Part shown: positions 1 through 11,689 of the stretch, piece after piece
How positions within the stretch are numbered: the stretch's first letter is position 1
Layout of the letters: the number at the start of each line of letters is the position of its first letter
Source: Chiloscyllium plagiosum
Taxonomy: Eukaryota
Reading direction: 5' to 3'
Length of the DNA: 30,637 nt
Assembly: GCF_004010195.1 (NCBI RefSeq)
Contig: NC_057718.1
Coordinates: 24,924,008 to 24,954,644, forward strand
Notes under the pieces: model-generated
What the model was told of the DNA's origin: nothing
Databases searched by the model: none
Seen by the model: only the letters and a program-made list of their open reading frames with translations
Translations under genes and position numbers: made by a program

Positions 1-54
1 AGTTCTCTCTTGTGAGATGACTGGTGCACAGGGCAACCGGAAGAAACTATTTAG

Positions 55-693
55 TATTGTATTCGCTGCACCCAATGTAGCCTAATCTACATTGGGGAAA
101 TCAAACACAGACTGGGTGACCGCTTTATGGAACACCTCTGGTCTGTGTGCAAACATGACCCCAACCTTCCCGTAGCTAGTCATTTTAACACAGCATCCTG
201 CTCACGTAACCACATGTCTGTGCCCAGCATGCTGCAGTGCTCCAGTGAATCGCTGCGCAAACTGGAGGAACAACATCACATCTTAAGACTGGGCACTTTA
301 CAGCCTTCTGGACTTAATATTGAGTTCAACAACTTCAAATTGTGAACCATTTCTTCCCTTTCTTTCACCTTGTTACATTCTGTCATCATGTCCTCTCTCC
401 CCTCCCCACTTTCCAGGGGAACTGCCTGTCCTTTCCAGTCTGGCAGTTAAACACGTCATTATTTTGCCATTATCACATTCTATCACTTAACCTGAACTAT
501 CAACATCTTTTCTCCGCTAGCGCCATACACTCACTACCCCACACCCCAACAACCCCAAACTATAGCATAAATGCTGTCCCCTCCACACTTCATTACTTCT
601 GATGGAGAGTCATCTAGACTCGAAACATTAGCTTCCTCTCTCTCCATGGATGCTGTCTGACCCGCTGGGATCTCCAGCATTGGTTGTTTTCAG
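55..693 (+). mobile_element. Penelope-like retroelement 3' end: GIY-YIG endonuclease remnant, 3' UTR and hammerhead-bearing terminus
   Basis: Frame 55-345 reads YCIRCTQCSLIYIGEIKHRLGDRFMEHL...PVASHFN...RKLEEQHHILRLGTLQPSGLNIEF, the PLE GIY-YIG signature (CxxC, YIG, R..EH, P.GLN). A pyrimidine-rich UTR and a hammerhead motif at 599-634 follow. Confidence 0.9.
596..636 (+). ncRNA. Degenerate minimal hammerhead ribozyme at PLE terminus
   Basis: CTGATGG (599-605; consensus CTGATGA), stem II GAGTC-ATCTA-GACTC, GAAAC (622-626), then ATTA (consensus GTTA). Confidence 0.7.
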
Positions 694-2835
694 TTAATAT
701 TGCAGCATTTGGGAAAGATTTTCGGTGATGCATGGATGTTGCACCTACCCTAGCACTGTCCCAAAGTCAATCTCAAGATTCCTGACGTTGCAAGTAATGG
801 CATTGGGGAAATGGTCCTATACCACTCCATGATTTGTAAATCCACCGACAAAATTCATAACGTTTATCAGCTAGCAACATGAAGTTGATTTGGTGGGAAA
901 TACAGTGTTAGGCGATGTATTCCCAGCATTAACATACAAAACATCTGCAGCAACATATAACAGCTTTTTTCAGTGGCCTTTCCTGTGATCATCGAGGCCT
1001 AAAGAAATAAATGCAAGTAAATTGTCACTGAAATTATGGAAGCTACAATATATTTATGATTTCATTGCTAAATAGCCATAGCCATTTAACGATGCCGACA
1101 GAGTTTGGGAAAATAAAGGTTACTGTGCATTGTCAAATTACACTAGGATATCATTGTCAGCCTACATTTACCTGTCACAGCAAATACTTTGCACTAGTTG
1201 TAGATGCTGTGTTGTTGCATTGAAATTGTTGATGCAAACAGTAACTGTAAATCTCAGAAACAAAACTCAAGCTTTTGTCAAGACATATTTTACGATGAAA
1301 TGACAGCACTCTTGTAAAAAAGAGATACCACATTATGTCGAAATAATGACCTTTTCATTTACCTGTAAAAAAGAATTGATTGTAAATGGCTTCCATCACA
1401 TTCTGAGATACTGTGGACTTATCAATTTGTCACTGGGATTTGGCCAAGATTGCAAAACGTAATTGCCATTTCTCACAAAAAAGAGAGAGGTGAGTTGAAT
1501 TATGTTTACTGCCATCCTGTCCTCTCCTTAAGAGAATTAGGGGTTTTATTTTTAATTTTCTTTTCTTATTTTCTTTTTGCTTTTAAAATAAATTCAGTAG
1601 CATATTTCCCCAAACCATGTTTGCAAAGTCATAACTAAATGACCCACAGCAAAACTCTTTAGGGTTAAAATGAAGTAGGATTTATTGTTGCATTCAAAAC
1701 CCAGGGCAATGGTTCACAGACACATTCACACACATGCATCCAAGAAGGAAAGAAAAAGAAAGCAAAGAAATTACAAGTCATTTAGAATTCAATGTATTGG
1801 AATTAGGTCGCATGAATTAGAGAGGGTCCAGTCAGCCAATGTCCAGCAGGAGGTCTTTCAGATAGTTATGCACAGAGTTCTCTTTCAGAGGAGCTCTGAT
1901 GCAGTCAGATTGCTGGTGAAGATATCATCATTGTAAACTGGGGATTGGCAAACAAAATACAGGACATTTTTGAGAAATCATACTTCTGAGAGAGATTGAG
2001 ATCAGAAGCAGGTGTTATTTAAGCTTACTTTATTGGTGTTATAAGCAGGCTGACTGAAGAAGAGGTGATAAGGTTGCTTTTTGTTCTGAACATTTCTTGA
2101 CATTACTGAAGTAGCCAACGTACCCATTGTGTATTTGATAGCAGCCATCTTTATTGGGTTGTTGAATTTTTTTTTAGCAAAGGTCACTAAATAGATAGAT
2201 ATGTATTTGTACTGTTTGGACTGAGGGTCCCAATCAAGGAATTCATTGTCAATGGGATTCACCTGGCCCTCATTCCAATCACTACAGTACTAAAGTTAGT
2301 TTTTATTCAAGGTGTAATATATTATCCAGACATTGACACTTTCAATTCATTAGACATCACAGGTAATTTATTCTGGATGGAGGTACCCTTCCCTGAATCA
2401 CGTTAGGAAAATAGCCTTGTATTACAATAATTCAATCTCTTCACTGTACCACAGAATAACAGAATTACCATATATATTAAAGAAAAACAATGATGCCAAG
2501 TTAGCTCATTCTTAACTATTCAATGTGAACCTGTCTAAAAACGTAGGTACCAGTAAATTTCTCAGAGCTAGTTCATGAGTATTTCAAAAGTTCTGGTTCC
2601 CATTGAAACACACCAAATCACCACCGGACCCCACTTCCCCACCTTTCCACATCTCTATTATAGCCGAGCATTGCATACTCTTGCCCAAAGTCCTTTAGTA
2701 AAGAAATCAACAGTCAAACTTTACATAATAAATTTATCCAACAACACATGCCAAATTACATATAATACTAATCAAGCTCCACTTTCTGTTAGTGCTTGCC
2801 CAGTCGAGTAACACACAGTACTGTCCCAGTATGGG

Positions 2836-4140
2836 CTACATTATGGCTGTTAAAAGACTGCTGACATTCAACAGGGAAGACTCTAGATGGTCTTGTGGGA
2901 CTCCTTTGAGCAGCTGACCTTGGACTGTATCAGTACAGTATATGGAGTGATGTAGCTTTGCTGACTGACAGGCAACAACTATGGTACTGACAAAAGACAG
3001 TGATGAGAACAGAAACTGTGCCATCCTGAGAAAGGACATCAGGATCGTGCACCAGAGAGTTACTGTCATTCCCATGGAATAGAACCTTAGCAATCCTAAT
3101 AATCCGCTAGAGAACAGATTTGCTGGATTGAGCTGAGTGCTGATATCCACAGCCATGGTAGTCGCAGATTGAACCTGCATGTTACCAAGCCAGACTTGCA
3201 TGGCAATGAGCACCAGGAGAAGATCAGAGAGGCAGCAGTTTCAGCAGCAATAGCATTGCAGCCCAAAGCAGGAAACGTGAGGAGTGAGGGCGGTTCCCTA
3301 GTATCAGTGATGGCATTGAGAACAGGCAGCTGAGGTCTCCTGGAGAGCAAGATAGGGGAGGACTCATCAACGACTGCTGAACTTTTAACTCCATTCCTTT
3401 ATTTTTCTAATTTAAATTAAGAATGGCTTTAATGTTAACTATTACCTTAATTCTTTATTTTTCTACTTATTCTATGAAAGTAATTAATTTTTACTACTTT
3501 GTACCTACATTTTTTGTACCTAGGTGCCTTTGTACCTAAGATGGCGCCATGTGTGGTGACATTATATACCTTTCACTGCACTCCTGTACTTGAGTACACG
3601 TGACAATAAAATATAAATCTAAAGTCTAAATCTGAGCTTCCACTATAGCACTCAGATGTTGAAGAGCTTCTGCTAGTTCTGCAACAGAAGCCGAGATGCA
3701 ATCAGCAGACCCTGCACTATGGTTGGGTCTGTAAGCAGTGTGTTGGAGCTGTCCACCACTGCCACACTGGAAAGGATGACCTTCAAGCTTTGCCTGAAAT
3801 CTACTGACATGTTGGAGTCTGACTCCTCGATGCTCCTTGACCATGACAAGAAACAATCTGTAAGCCTGCCAATGCACTAGGTATTTCAATGGGCATTGTC
3901 ATCATACATTGCTGCATCAATGTGAGTTCATTAAGCAGCAATGCTTGCACTACTTTTGTTGATTTTTCTTCAGCTTTCAACATGCTGCAACTACTTGAGC
4001 TTATTGAAAAACTGGAAGACATTGATGCTAATCGTCTTCCCCTACTTTGATGTGGTGATTTTCTTCATAGCAGAATCCAATGGCACAGTAGTTTCTGCGA
4101 TCTACTCAGAGTCTATAAAATGACCACTGGATCTGCTCAG
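2836..4140 (-). mobile_element. Probable decayed C-terminal part of a Harbinger Myb/SANT (ORF1) gene, interrupted at 3212-3632
   Basis: Minus-strand peptides ...SASVAELAEALQHLSAIVEAQ and LIAMQ...MQVQSATTMA flank the insertion. They lie downstream of, and on the same strand as, the Myb exons at 6072-6670. The similarity is low-complexity only. Confidence 0.35.
3212..3632 (+). mobile_element. 5'-truncated non-autonomous retroposon with Rex1-type 3' tail
   Basis: Ends CCTTTCACTGCACTCCTGTACTTGAGTACACGTGACAATAAA plus (AAATCT)-like repeats, matching the Rex1 tail at ~26640-26700. Has an internal AAGATGGCGCC motif. Possible 5-bp TSD TGAGC (3207-3211/3633-3637). Confidence 0.65.
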
Positions 4141-4693
4141 GGCTGTGTCACAGTACCTTCACTTTTCATCTTCGATACAAGTATTGTCGATCTCAGTATA
4201 ACAACGCACTAATTTTGAAGAATGACACAAAGTTGGATGGGAGATTAGACTGTGGGGAGGATGCAGAGATGCTTCAGTGAAATGTGGACAAACCCAGTGA
4301 GTGAGCAAATGCATGGCAGATGCAGTCTCGTGTAGACAAAAGTGAGGTTATCCACTTTGGTCCCAAAAACAAAATAGCAGATTGTTATCTGAATGGCTAT
4401 AATTTGAGGGGCAGGAATGCACAACAAGACTTGGGTGTTCTCAATGCCACTCACTGAAGGTAAGCAAGCTGGGGCATTAAAGAAGACTAATAGTCTGTTA
4501 GACTTCATTGCAAGAAAATTCAAGTAATGGAGCAGGGATATCCTGCTGTAATTGTACAAGGTCTTGGTGAGACTACACATGAAGCATTGTGTGCAGTTTT
4601 GGTTTCCTTATCTCAGAAAGGATTTTTTTTTGCCATAGAGGGAGTGCAGCAAACATTACCAGATTCATTCCTGGGATAGCAGAACTGATGTAT

Positions 4694-5027
4694 GAATCAT
4701 AGAATCCCTACAGTGTGGAAACAGGCCTTTCGGCCCAACAAGTCCACTCAGACCCTCTGAAGAGATTCCCACCCAAAACCCATTCCTCTACATTTATCGC
4801 TGACAAATGCACCTAACCTACACATCCCTGAACACTATGAGCTATTTAGCATGGCCAATTCACCTAACCTGCACATCTTTGGATTATGGGAGGAAACTGG
4901 AGCATCCATAAAGCACCATGCAGATGTGGGGAGAATGTGAAAACTCCACACCAGAGGCTATGAATCGAATCCGGGTCCCTGGCACTGTGAGGCAGCAGTG
5001 CTAACCATTGAGCCACTGTGCTGCCCT
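4694..5027 (-). mobile_element. HE1-type tRNA-derived V-SINE
   Basis: Reverse complement shows GGGCAGCACAGTGGCTCAATGG (A box), GATTCGATTC (B box), a V-domain (TGTGGAGTTT...GTTTCCTCCCA) and a CR1-like tail GGGCCGAAAGGCCTGTTTCCACACTGTAGGGATTCTATG. Confidence 0.92.
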
Positions 5028-5398
5028 ACAAAGACAGGTTGAATCAGTTAGGATTATATTCACTAGAGTTCAGAAGAATTGGGGGGAATCTTATATAAAT
5101 CTATAAAATTCTAATAGAATTAGATAGGGAAAATGCAGGAAGGATGTTTCCCAATGGTGGGGGAGTCAGAACCAGAAATCACAGTCAAAGGATATGGGGT
5201 AAACCATTTAGGACTGAGATGAGGAGAGGTTTCTTTACGCAGAGAGAGATGAGTGTGTGGAATTCACAACCACAGAAAGGAGTCAATGCAAAAATATTGC
5301 ATGATTTCAAGGATTGAGGCTAAAGAAATCAAAGGATATGAGGGAAATGTAGCAACAGGCTGAGTTGGGTGATCAATCATGGTCATAACAACGCCATT

Positions 5399-5713
5399 GG
5401 TGACGGTGGCACAGTGGTTAGCACTGCAGCCTCACAATGCCAGAGACCTGGGTTCAATTCCCGCCTCAGGTGACTTACTGTGTGGAGTTTGCACATTTTC
5501 CCCATGTCTGCATGGGTTTCCTCCGGCTGCTCCAGTTTCCTCCCACAGTCCAAAAATGTGCAGGTTAGGCGAATTGGCCATGCTAATTTGCCCGTAGTGT
5601 TAGGTGAAGGGGTAAATGTAGGGGAATGGGCCTGAGTGGGTGGCGGGTCGGTGTGGACTTGTTGGGCCGAAGGGCCTGTTTCCACACTGTAAGTAAACTA
5701 ACCTAAAAAAAAA
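5399..5713 (+). mobile_element. HE1-type tRNA-derived V-SINE, full length
   Basis: A box TGGCACAGTGG (5407-5417), B box GGTTCAATTCC (5451-5461), V-domain, and tail GGGCCGAAGGGCCTGTTTCCACACTGTAAGTAA followed by an A-run. Confidence 0.93.
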
Positions 5714-6071
5714 ACGAATGGTGAGACAGGCTCAAAATGCTAAATGGCCTCTTCATTTCTCTGTTTGTACGCAGATCCTGTTTTTATATTGCTGTTTAAA
5801 ATTCTCACAGTTGGCTGCAAGTATCAGGTCAAATGTGGTGCTGCTTCCTTGATGATCTGCTCTTCCTCTGAATTTTAATTCTCATTTATTCACTGGCCGG
5901 TCAAGCAACACGCCTTGTAGATCTGAAAGTATAAACGCATGAAGGAAGGTTTGGGGTATAGAAGGCCACTCAGCTAAGATGCAAGAGGCGTATGGCAGCA
6001 CCACCAGCAGCTTGTACATCACATGATGACTACAGTATTAGAGTGACATAGGTGCATTAGGCAAGAGCATG

Positions 6072-6670
6072 CCATCATTCTGGATGGTTTCAACAATGCT
6101 GGCTGCAACACCCTTGGTGATGGCTGCACCAATATTGCTAAGCATCATCTTCTACATGGGACTGAGGACAAGCAGCTTTGCCTGATCCTCACTGGGTTGT
6201 TGTTGCTGCATCCTATTATATACATCCTACGAGAAAGACAGAAAGGTAACAACGTATGTGTTGTAACCTGTTTGGGTGATACACTTTTCACAGCAAAAGC
6301 TAAGTGCATGTAAGGCTTGCACCAGTGATATGTGAGGGAGAATCATGACAGACATTGCTGATAGACGGGGTGGTGAGTGTGTGCTATTTTGAGCAGTGTT
6401 CAGGTTAGTGGTACAGTTAATAGGAAATTAGAATAATGGCATTTGAAGATCATTCATCAACTTTGATCACTGCTGAGGTCACTGAACCCTTACTGACACT
6501 AAATATAGATCCTTACCACCAGACTCCTGATAATACCCTTCATGGCTATCTGTTCCCATTGCCTTCACAGTATACAAATGAAGAATCTTGTGCAGAGAGA
6601 TGACCTCTCTCCTTCTTCCCACGTTCTGCACCAAGTGCTCTGGCTGAGAACCATGGAACTTTAACTCTTA
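6072..6670 (-). mobile_element. Decayed Harbinger transposon Myb/SANT-like DNA-binding gene (two exon relics)
   Basis: Minus strand ~6670-6460: VPWFSARAL..LVQNVGRRREVI...RQWEQIAM...CQ*GFSDL, a trihelix pattern (PRFS...W..IA...QC.K.F.DL). A second exon follows an acceptor at 6227-6228: QAKLLVLSPM*KMMLSNIGAAITKGVAA. Confidence 0.7.
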
Positions 6671-7664
6671 GATGCAGCACCCATTGCTGGGAATAGCCTT
6701 GCTTGAATCTAGGCCCCCTGTACAGTATGCAGTCAGTCTTCAGTGTGTTTAATGCTGGGCTGCATGCTACCACCAAACAGATGAGCAGGTAGCACAAACT
6801 CTATGTGCTATCCCCATCATCTCAATCAGGCACAGAATAATTGCACATTGCTTTCATGCCCTACTAACAGGCCTTTTTGAGATTTGATTTCCTTGGCTAG
6901 ATTTAACTCGACATTTAAAATTACTAAAGAGAAATCAGGTAAAATGTTTCAGCTGGTTACTTTTTTGAGAGGATTACCCTTTACATTTGACTGGCATGAA
7001 GATTTGATGTAACTGCCACACCTTTTGAAACTCATTGCAATTGACACAAAGAATATTGAATGACACTGATTTACAAACTTATAGAAGGATATAGCGCAGA
7101 AGGATGCGATTTGGACCACTGTGCCTATGCCAGCTCTTTCCAACAGTTATACAACTAATTCTATTTCCCTGCGCTTTCCGCACAGCCTAACAGATGTTTC
7201 TATCTAATTCCCTCTCTTCATTCTGAATTTTGATAAATGTCACTGAATCAATGTATATTTCAGTTGCATGTTGACTTAGCTTAAGCAGTAATGGATCTGT
7301 AGGAGTGCCATTAGGTTGCAAATGAAGACAGCAGATTGATTGAAGGATGAAATTATAGGTCATTTCTCTCAATCAATCTGCCATCCTCAATTACACCCTG
7401 TTGTACTCCCACAGATGCATTATTGTGATTTGAAGATACATTTTTAAAAGTCTGATCTGATTTGTTTTCAGAATATTCAGCTATAAGTACTTTGAGTTTG
7501 CAAAATATTTACAACTGGCTTTGCACCTGTAGTCTCCAGATAACCAACTGATTGGTTAGTTTGAGAGAACTTTATTACCTCCTTCTGTGGTTGGGTTTTC
7601 CAAGCAAATTAAACACAGAGAAAATAGTTGCCCAAAATTTTAAATTTATACCTACTTGAGAGGG

Positions 7665-8200
7665 GCTGCTTCCTGACCTACATTGGTTCTCAGAGCCCAA
7701 GTGACTCCAATTAAAAATGTACATCCTCACGTGCAAATCCTTTCAAGGACTCACCCCTCCCTCTCTATCAGCACATCAAGCCATATAACTCCATACAACT
7801 CTGTGTCCCTGTGATCTGGTCCTATCTCATACCATTGGTATACTGTGCCTTCAACTGATTGGGTCCTACATGTTCAGGAATTTGCCTGCTAAACCCTTCT
7901 GTACTTTTCCTCTATTCCTTAAAATTATCTCCCCTCTGTACTTTTCCTCTATTTTTTAACATCTTCTAGAAAGTCACTTCTCACTTCTATGCAACAAAAA
8001 CTGAAATGGTTGGAGTGACTCAGAAGGTCTGGCAGCATCTGCTGAGAGAAAGCAGAGTCAATATTTTGGATCCAATGACCCTTCTTCAGCACTAATTTCT
8101 CTGCCTTTACTCATCCCACTGAAAGTCACCTTTAATTTGGCATTCAATTTGGTCTAATTGGGCTCCTGTGAAGTGCTCTGGAGCACTTTTTAAACACACT
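7665..8200 (+). mobile_element. Old L2 LINE 3' end, interrupted at 7993-8092
   Basis: CTGACCTACATTGG (DLHW) motif, GCCTTCAACTG...GGAATT..C segment and terminal CTCCTGTGAAGTGCTCTGG. Contains an internal 18-bp direct duplication CTGTACTTTTCCTCTATT. Confidence 0.75.
7993..8092 (-). mobile_element. Short PLE-terminus insertion with degenerate hammerhead
   Basis: Reverse complement: CTGAAGA-AGGGTC-ATTG-GATCC-AAAAT-ATTG-ACTCTGCTTTCTCTCAGCAGATGCTGCCAGACC. Same family as 9435-9640. Confidence 0.8.
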
Positions 8201-8355
8201 GGACTGTTTCCTAGACCTAGAGATTAGAGCAAGACATTTCAGAAGTACAGTTAGGAAACAAACAGTTGAGGCAGTTTGAAATTTGATTGTACAAAATGGA
8301 AAGGAAAGATGAATGACACAACACATTCAAATCCCCTTCACTCTAACTGGTGCAG

Positions 8356-8588
8356 AATTAAAACTCTATGGCAGCTCCATGGCTACCTCACACAGGCATA
8401 ATACTCTGTTGGTAGTTGCAGACCTGCTGAGTATAAATGCAATGGAATCCCAGGAGATTAACAAGCAATGAATACTGCTGGGTACCTGGGAGTAGCTTTA
8501 TTGTCACACATACACAGTCAATAATTTTCTGGACCTGTGGGAATCCAACAGCAAATTTGAGAGCTCTCTCATTCTGACTGAAGTATAT
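8356..8588 (+). pseudogene. Candidate decayed exon (LamG/ConA-like N-terminal half)
   Basis: Acceptor ...GGTGCAG and donor AT|GTAAGT. Fragments across frameshifts read LKLYGSSMATS / TGIIL / NTAGYLGV / LRALSF*LKY (SFWLK-like). Pattern recognition only. Confidence 0.3.
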
Positions 8589-8719
8589 GTAAGTGCCAGT
8601 TTTGGCGAAAGTTGCATTTATCATATCAGAGATACTCTGTGGATGAATCGAACACTCCACAACATCACCATTAAATTCAAGGTTAATACTGCAGTGGATT
8701 ACTAAATCCTGACACTTTT

Positions 8720-9152
8720 GGAGTTGCCATATTTCAGATGGGATGTTAAGCCAAGGTCCTGACTTCCCTCTCAGATGGTTTTAAAATATCCCATGGTACT
8801 TTTGTCAACAGTGGGGCAATTCTTTCCAGTGAGGTCAGGCAGCATCAAAGGAACAGGAGAATCACCTGCTGCGCTTTTCCAGCAACACATTTTTAAGCTC
8901 TGATCTCCAGCATCTGCAGTCCTCACTTTCTCCTAATTCTTTCCAGTGACCCAACCAATATTTATCCCCTAATCAACATCACAAAAACAGATCGTCTGGT
9001 CATTATCACATTGCTGTAGAAGCTTGTTGTACACAAATTAGCTGATGACTTACACAACATATCTGTGACTACACTTCAACAGTACTTCACTGGCTTATAA
9101 AAGCACACTGAAATAGCTGGTGGCTGTGAAAAGAACACTATAAATGCAAGCT
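8720..9152 (+). mobile_element. DeuSINE (SacSINE1/AmnSINE1-like) Deu domain with L2-like tail, interrupted at 8833-8934
   Basis: TTTCAGATGGGATGTTAAGCCAAGG...ATCCCATGG...CCAATATTTATCCC...TCTGGTCATTATCACATTGCTGT...GTGACTACACTTCAA...TATAAATGCAAG. Confidence 0.88.
8833..8934 (+). mobile_element. PLE-terminus short insertion with 5' inversion and 15-bp TSD
   Basis: TSD AATTCTTTCCAGTGA at 8818-8832 and 8935-8949. The first ~31 nt are antisense (GGTCAGGCAGCATCAAAGGAACAGGAGAATC); the rest is sense (ACCTGCTGCGCTTTTCCAGC...CCTCACTTTCTCC). Confidence 0.88.
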
Positions 9153-9271
9153 TTTGTTTTCACTTCCTATTTGACAGATGTCACCAGGAGACCTGTGTGA
9201 GGCCAGCTGGAAAGATAAAAAATGGAGGCTTCCTGACAACACATCAGCAGTTTCAGGCATTTTAACTTGCT

Positions 9272-9293
9272 ACACACACACACACACACACAC
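9272..9293. repeat. (AC)11 microsatellite
   Basis: Read directly from the sequence. Confidence 0.97.
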
Positions 9294-9434
9294 CTCAACA
9301 GATTAAAACTCCAAATTTCCTCAATCCCACTCCATCACTTTCTGTTTGGACTCATAACACTAGCTTCTTCACTTCTTCATACCAAAATTGGTCAATTTGT
9401 ATTTTTTTATATAATCTGTTTGATAGTTTCTATT

Positions 9435-9640
9435 GAAACTCAGTAGGTCTGGCAGCACCTACAGACAGAAAGCATAGTTAATGCTTCAGGTCAAGTGACC
9501 CTTTTCCAGAAGAGTTCTGAAGAAGTTTCACTGGACCTGAATTGTTAACTCTGCTTTCTCTTCACAGATGCTGCCAGACCTGCAGTGTTTCTCCAGCAAT
9601 TTCTGTTTTTGTTTCATATTTCCAGTATTTACAGCTTTTT
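9435..9640. mobile_element. Head-to-head inverted pair of hammerhead-bearing PLE termini
   Basis: Arms 9435-9511 and 9515-9591 are 77 bp each and align ungapped with about 18 mismatches by hand count around a 3-nt spacer. CTGAAGA at 9517-9523. The right arm continues into the family tail. Confidence 0.88.
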
Positions 9641-10071
9641 TTGGTACTTTATATTGTTACTTTTGATTTGGGTATTTGTCTCTTTCCTGTTTAGTTCTGA
9701 TTGGTCACAGTTTGAACCAATAATATAAAAGTTTTATATGGTATGGGAGATATACTCTACACTGAATATATCGACCTATGTTTCCAATTACATCTGTCAC
9801 CCCTCCGTTCATGTTATACATTTTGCTCTCTGCTACTTCAAACATTTTTCAACTGCTGTGCCCCTGCTCTTTGTGTCTTAGCCTCTGTCATTCCAATCGC
9901 AGTGTCTTGCCATCAATCTTACATGTTCAAGGCACCCTAAAGGGAACTACAAACCATGTTTTCAGTGTCTCCAATCTTCCTTTATCTGATTTTTCTCTCC
10001 CTTCCTTAGCTTGCCCCAGGAAGAGAAGGTTTCTCATGAACAAGCCACACCTATACAGAATGTCCTTTTCT

Positions 10072-11030
10072 GATTTATTCATGGGTTATGGGCATCACTG
10101 GCTAAGCCAGCATTTACTGCCCATCCCTAATTATATTTGAGAAGGTGATGATGAGCTGCCTTCTTCAAGCACTGCAACTCATGGTGGGATAGGCACACCC
10201 AGACTGTTGTTAGGAAGAGAGATTTTCAGGATTTTGATGCAGTGATGGCGAAGGAATGGTAGTATAGTTAGAAGTCATGACTATATGTGGCTTGGAGGGC
10301 AACATGGTGGTGCTGCCATTATATTTTGAGTTGCTCGAGGCCGTGGGTTTGGAATGTCTGCTGAAGGAGCGCTGGTGAGTTTCTGCAATGCATCTTGTGA
10401 ATGGCACACACTGCTGCCACTATACACTGCACTGGTGTCAGGGGAGTGAATGTTAAGATTTTAGATGGAGTGCCAATGAAGCAGGCTGTTTAATCCTGGC
10501 TCTCTTGAGGTTCTTACGTTGTTAGAGCTCTCTTCCAGAAAATTATAGCGTATTCCATTACACTCCTGACTTCTCCCTTTTAGATAGTGGACAGATTTGG
10601 AGAAACAGGGGTGAGTTCCAGGCCTTAAAATTATGACATGCCCTTATTGCCACTGTTTTTAAATGGCTGGTCCAATTCAGTTTCTTCCTGATGAAAGGCT
10701 TTTGCTCAAAACATCGATTTTTCTGCTCCTCGGATGCTGCCTGACCTGCTGTGCATTTCCAGCACTAGACTCTTGACCCACACTTCAGTTTCTTGCCAAT
10801 GAAAATGCCCCCCAGGATGCTGATAATGGATAATGCCATTATAGTAATATCATTGAATGTCAAGGGGTGATAATGTCAAGAGATGATGGCTAGATTCTCC
10901 CTTATCAGTGACAGTCATAGCCTCGCACTTGTGTGGCATAACATCACTTGTCACTTATCAGCCTGTATGTTGTCCAAGTCTTGCTGCATGTAGACAAAGA
11001 CTGCTTCAGTATCTTAGAAATTGAGAATGA
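10072..11030 (-). mobile_element. CR1/L2-group LINE 3' portion (Crack/Daphne-like RT C-terminus), interrupted at 10687-10783
   Basis: Minus strand reads decayed MQQDLDNIQ-ADK*QVM..HKCEAMT...RESSHL..., ILG, LNWTSH and IYKGEVRSVMEY-like motifs. The 3' UTR ends ...CCCATGAATAAA. Confidence 0.8.
10687..10783 (+). mobile_element. Short hammerhead-bearing PLE-terminus insertion with 11-bp TSD
   Basis: TSD TTCAGTTTCTT (10676-10686/10784-10794). Insert: CTGATGA(10688-10694)-AAGGC-TTTT-GCTC-AAAAC-ATC, then TGCTCCTCGGATGCTGCCTGACCTGCTG. Confidence 0.88.
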
Positions 11031-11689
11031 TGTGAATTTAAGTTTTATTATTTATGAAAGATGCCATGCAGCTCAGAAAGGGTGGAAATGCAACAGAGGA
11101 TTAACAAGCCAAACATTAATATTAAAAGGAAGTGAAAGCCAATGTGACATGGGTCCTTTTACTACCCATTGTGAAATGTATGGGTTGGTATGTGCACTCT
11201 GCCTGAAGGCAGGTACTTGGCTCATTGGCTGCTGATGTTTCAACGTGAGCCATATACGTAGCAGATTTTAATTGTGAAGGTTTTCAAAAACCTTCCAATC
11301 TCAGAGGCATGGGGAGATCCCCAAAAGACTCCAGATAGAACAAAAATCAAAAGCAGGCTGTTGGCACTATTTTAAACAATGTGATCTCTGTCCATCCAGC
11401 TAAGCTAACCAGCTTCTATTGTAAAACCTACACCAATTGAAATATTGCACATTTTTCAGTATCTCACTATTTTTTAATGCTTTCTGCTCTGACTCTTTCT
11501 GAAGTTTTATAGAACATTTGGTACTGTCTCATCTTAATAACAGTATTATATTTGGCAACAGTCTCACATGTGAGATCATGATCTGATACTTTTGGTCTGT
11601 CATTTATGATCTCATAACTCTGAATCTCTCCAAGTAAAAAGTGATGTGAAATTAATGCTGTCTTCCCTAGACTTCATACCACTCCATTA

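Larger units (their letters stand above)
4205..5760 (+). mobile_element. CR1-family LINE 3' portion (RT C-terminus and 3' UTR), split by two SINE insertions
   Basis: Decayed ..DTKLDG..EDAEMLQ...WQMQ...KSEVIHFG, LYKVLVRLHMKHCVQFWFPYLRKD and ..RNHSQRIWGKPFR.., followed by a CR1-type terminal GAATGG...AATGGCCT segment. Confidence 0.9.

Noticed and set aside
1490..2620. Possible long solo LTR on the minus strand
   Set aside because: Only compositional hints (TTTATT, purine tract). No defensible termini or TSD were found.
5379..5685. ORFs over HE1 SINEs (also 27449-27795) and tRNA gene calls for their heads
   Set aside because: These are shadow translations of SINE sequence. The heads run into V-domains and lack a complete cloverleaf and terminator.
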